Source: Macrostomum lignano (taxonomy: Eukaryota). From it: a DNA stretch of 35,366 bases. Position 1 is the stretch's first letter. Every line of letters begins with the position of its first letter. The notes beneath the pieces are model-generated. The model was not told where the DNA came from. It saw only the letters and a list, made by a program, of their open reading frames with translations, and did no database searches. Below are positions 31,771 to 35,366 of this stretch, in pieces. The stretch covers positions 1 to 35,366 of the forward strand of contig NIVC01004771.1 of the NCBI GenBank assembly GCA_002269645.1, written 5' to 3'. A program made the position numbers and the translations under genes.

Positions 31771-31906
31771 CCAAAAAGGGTCAAGAAAAGATTGAGGATT
31801 AAAAGGAAACGCAAGTCTAATTAACTGAAAGATGAAATTGTTGAAAGAAAACAATAGACGCATTTGATAACGCAGCCGTCAGTAGTTGAGATCGCCATCC
31901 CCAAAG

Positions 31907-32290
31907 CTACCACTTGAAATCCGTGACTGGGTTGGCTTTGTACGCGCAATATTCGCTCTGATTAAAGTAGGACAGCTCCGCCTCGTGAACTAAGCCGCAG
32001 CTGGACAAGATGGCCGAATCGTCGCTCAGAGTCAGCGCCTCATCATTGTCAACATTGACAACTAGATCGTTAGGCTTGGCAGCCTGGGGTAGGCAATGAA
32101 TTTTCAAAGTGTCAAAGTTGAACGATTTAAAAGTTGGCGGCAGCGACCTGCTTGTTGCTATGGCGTTGCGAATAGCGACTTTCAGTTCGGCTACAGTCAG
32201 CTTATCTAGGTCAAGCGAGTGCAGCACCAAGTTGCGCACATTCTTGAACTCAAAGGATCGAATCAAGCGGACAGTCAACGTTGACGTCAT
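31907..32290 (-). CDS. C2orf76: UPF0538 protein C2orf76 homolog (DUF2340), 127 aa, single coding exon
   Basis: MTSTLTVRLIRSFEFKNVRNLVLH...LPPTFKSFNFDTLKI...KPNDLVVNVDNDE...ELSYFNQSEYCAYKANPVTDFKW matches family motifs TVRLIRSFE, LPPPF...YD.LKI and YK.NP..W; the second Met of ORF 31907-32407 is taken as start. Confidence 0.93.
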   Translation of the reverse strand: MTSTLTVRLIRSFEFKNVRNLVLHSLDLDKLTVAELKVAIRNAIATSRSLPPTFKSFNFDTLKIHCLPQAAKPNDLVVNVDNDEALTLSDDSAILSSCGLVHEAELSYFNQSEYCAYKANPVTDFKW

Positions 32291-32725
32291 TTGGAGTGAC
32301 ACTGACAGGCCGGGCCAACGCGCTGAAGCAATTAAAGATAAAGAAAAAAATAATAGCAGTTTGTTTTCAACTAAAATAACACGTTTTCTGTTGAAATGTA
32401 GTTGCAAACTGCAACTAGCCTAGCTGGGATAAAAAAGTAAAAAACTTTCTCTGTCCAGGTCACTTCATCCCTAGGAAACATTTTGTCCAAAAAGTTCATC
32501 TTTGAGTTATTGTCAAATTTGCAAAACTATAAAGATTAAATACAGGATAGCCTAAACAACTTTAAAGGTTCTAGGAATATACATATAGGCTAAACCCAAA
32601 GGCCCATCAGCTTATTGTTTGTTTTTAAATACTTGAGAATTTAATACCATTTGACATACATTACCAATTCGAAGCTAGCTACAGTCAAACTTAGTTAAAA
32701 AGGATCACTAAAAACAATAAAAGTA

Positions 32726-32917
32726 GGGTTGTAGCCTAGTGGTTAGAGCATTGGACTCTCAATTGAAAGGTTGATTAAATTCTTGACCCACTCTGAACAA
32801 TGCTGTGTCCTTGAGCAAGACACTTAACTCTGCATTGCTTCAGTTCACATAGCTGTAAAATGGTTGCCAGCATTAGCTAGGGTAATTGAAGGAGTGTGTG
32901 GCGACCCCCTAGTCCTT
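32726..32917 (+). mobile_element. tRNA-derived CORE-type SINE, copy 2 (3'-truncated)
   Basis: GGGTTGTAGCCTAGTGGTTAGAGCATTGGACTC head; TGTGTCCTTGAGCAAGACACTTAACTCTGCATTGCTTCAGTTCAC...AGCTGTAAAATGG; tail GTGTGTGGCGACCCC..AGTCCTT shared with copy 1. Confidence 0.8.
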
Positions 32918-35366
32918 CTGAGCCTCCTGAGCTCATTTTTGAGATGCATTCATTTACTAAAAAATGAATCCTCCCAACCCTATATTTTCAAGCAAATTTG
33001 GCAGTTTTGAAAATGTAAAAAATGTATACAATGTCTGACAATCTGTATCTTTGTAATTGTATGTACTAAACATATAAACTATATGTTTGAAAGATCTTCT
33101 ATTTATCTATTTTTCAATGAATATAAGCACATTGCCATAGGCCTATCTGAAATATTCAAAAATATTAGCCATCTAAAAAAGATCACTTTTTTTACATTTT
33201 TTTCATTTTTGCACATACTAAAAATAGGCTAACTGGATACTATAATTATATAAACTTAATTTGTAATAAAAGTTTCAATATTTTTAGCTTAGGCCTATAC
33301 TTAAGAAGGTTAGTTACTGATAAGGCCTATGCGGGTATGCCAGATATTTCTAGCATACTAGGCCTATTCAATTTAGCCATTTTAGAAAACCACTTTAGCA
33401 TATTATTCAAGTTTAAGGTATTTTTTTAATATACAAGAATTTTTCAACAACAACAATTATATTTAACAATAATTATATACAACTAAAGATATTGGCAATC
33501 TTTCAGTAGGGCCTACCCCTATAAATTCCAAACATTTCTTAAACTAAAAATGATTTTTCAAGTAAATGTGACTCACAATCTTTCAGGCTAAAGTGAGGCT
33601 GATTTTAAAGAAAATTTGTTTGAATAATTAATATATAAAGTATATTCAAGTCATTAAGCCTGGTCAATCAGACATGATTATTGATTGGCTTATCCTAAAT
33701 TAAAAGTATAGCAAAAGTATCAGTGATTACTATACAAAAATCAAAATGAAATAGCATTATAATTATATTTAAACAAATTTACTTTTAAAAAAGCTAATTT
33801 TTCTTTAGCTTATGGTGAAAGATAATTCCTTAAACTTACTTGAAATATCATTTTTAGGTGAAAAAATCATTTTTGGAATTTAACGGGGTACAGAAGGATC
33901 ACCAAAATATGTATATAATATAAATTCTTTTTTGACATGACTTCTGCAATGATATAACCAAAACTAGAGGATGGCTACTGAGTGCTATGATGTCCCCTTA
34001 TCTGGCACTAGTGCCCCCACAATTTACCCCTATAAAGTCCCAGCAAAGCATCTGAAACTAAATCAAAATCATATTGTTACTTAAAAATGTAATATGCAAT
34101 TCAGGAAATATTTTTTATGGAAAACAAAAAATGGTTAGGCCTATCTTACATTTTATGCTGTATTGTAAGAATAGCAAAATAACTATTAATAACTATTAAA
34201 AAACAGCTATAACTATTTGTATGGTCAACTTAACAATAAACTGCCTTGGGCACAATGATGAGGCAGCTAGGCTGGACCGGGCCTTTAAGATTTTCGCAGA
34301 AACGGATTTACCATTTAATTAAAAAGTCATTGACCAGTTCGAGAGTTTTAGCTCTCCTATATGTTCATACCTGAATTGGTGTGGTGCATTTATACTGCAT
34401 TATTTTTTGTGTGATTACCCTAGAAAATTTCCTTTGTTACTTTGTTACTTTGTTAGGATCCTTTGAGATTTTTCTGTTTTTTTAAATGTGATCATCGCAT
34501 AAATGCATGGCTCGCGCGCGGAGCCCTGAGAAGTTGTTTTTATGTTGAGCAACTTGAACCGCACTTTAAGAATTCGTAAATTAAGCTAGTCTGTGTCTGT
34601 CTACATCATACCTACTAGTGCGTAGGGCCTAATGAGTATGGATCCGGTAGTGGTATTCTGGCAGTGCAATTTATGGATAGGCCTAATATAGTATAAACAT
34701 TATACTTTTTATCGGGTGGTGGATAGGGGCCTTTTGAGATTTTGTTCCTGAATTAAGATGAGATCAGGAGTCAGGACCAAATGATGACTTTCGAAACGAG
34801 ATACATCTAATATTCAAACACTAAATTAGTAGATAACTGCCTGCAGCTGCAGGAGGCACTGCTGGATCCATAGCCATTAGATAATAAGAGATAAGTTCTG
34901 GTGCCAGAACTTTAGGCCTAGCCATTGCCAAACAAATGTTCTTTTGGAATGCTTATGTAATAGGCCCTAGTTTATAGTAGGCTATTTTGCTTGTTTGGTA
35001 CTAGAATAGCCTAGTAATTGCCTAGGCTTACTAGTGCAATATTCCTACCATTTAATTGTATAGATCATTATAGTAGGCCTAGCCAGCTAGCCTACTTCAT
35101 TTGGTAACACATTGGCACTATCCAAATAGAGTTAACCTTGGTAGACATAGATATTGTCATGTTCAACAGCCATTCTGGTTGCAATAGGCCTAGTAAAATA
35201 TGCTTTAGAATTAGAAAACTTTATGAATTATATTTTGGAAGATTTAAATTTAAAAAATACTTTTTGAATTTTTTTCTCTTTATCATTTATCATATAACAA
35301 TACCTATATATATAACATAATTCTAAAAAGAATTATAATATATAAGAATGCTAGTAGAATAAGGTC

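Noticed and set aside
29300-31900. Muscle-type tropomyosin exons 1a/2 (MDAIKKKM...)
   Set aside because: Looked for on the minus strand upstream of the locus and not found before the C2orf76 gene.
32291-32407. N-terminal extension of C2orf76 from the Met at 32407
   Set aside because: Family homology begins at MTSTLTVRLIRS; the extension is AT-rich and contains an acceptor-like AG 12 nt before the second ATG.
32726-32800. tRNA gene call for GTAGCCTAGTGGTTAGAGC... (also 28160-28231)
   Set aside because: No complete cloverleaf or intact B box; followed directly by the SINE core, so these are SINE heads.

Overview
Eukaryotic (metazoan) genomic DNA: spliceosomal GT-AG genes separated by many micro- and minisatellites. 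The GC-rich poly-Q/poly-A coding style and extreme simple-repeat load resemble a free-living flatworm such as Macrostomum; that is inference only. Four protein-coding loci were reconstructed by hand. (1) The large first coding exon of a Shal/Kv4 potassium channel (minus, 1289-2391), broken by three single-base deletions that look like long-read errors. (2) A complete 5-exon type II PIP kinase (PIP4K2-like, plus, 8562-12365, 398 aa) with a glycine-free, shortened G-loop. (3) A complex tropomyosin locus (minus, 16274 to about 28642): a short (LMW-type) first exon, duplicated exon 6-, 8- and 9-like cassettes, a 371-codon low-complexity upstream exon that splices in frame to the common coiled coil, and a candidate short low-complexity tail exon after exon 4. 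This layout resembles the Drosophila atypical tropomyosin Tm1-I/C. (4) An intronless C2orf76/UPF0538 homolog (minus, 31907-32290). Also present: three copies of a ~450-bp TIR MITE with 8-bp TSDs, two CORE-type tRNA-SINEs, a probable Helitron-like remnant, eight distinct minisatellite arrays, a (CAGAG)n tract and a 1.3-kb polypyrimidine tract. No rRNA, genuine tRNA gene or CRISPR array is supported.
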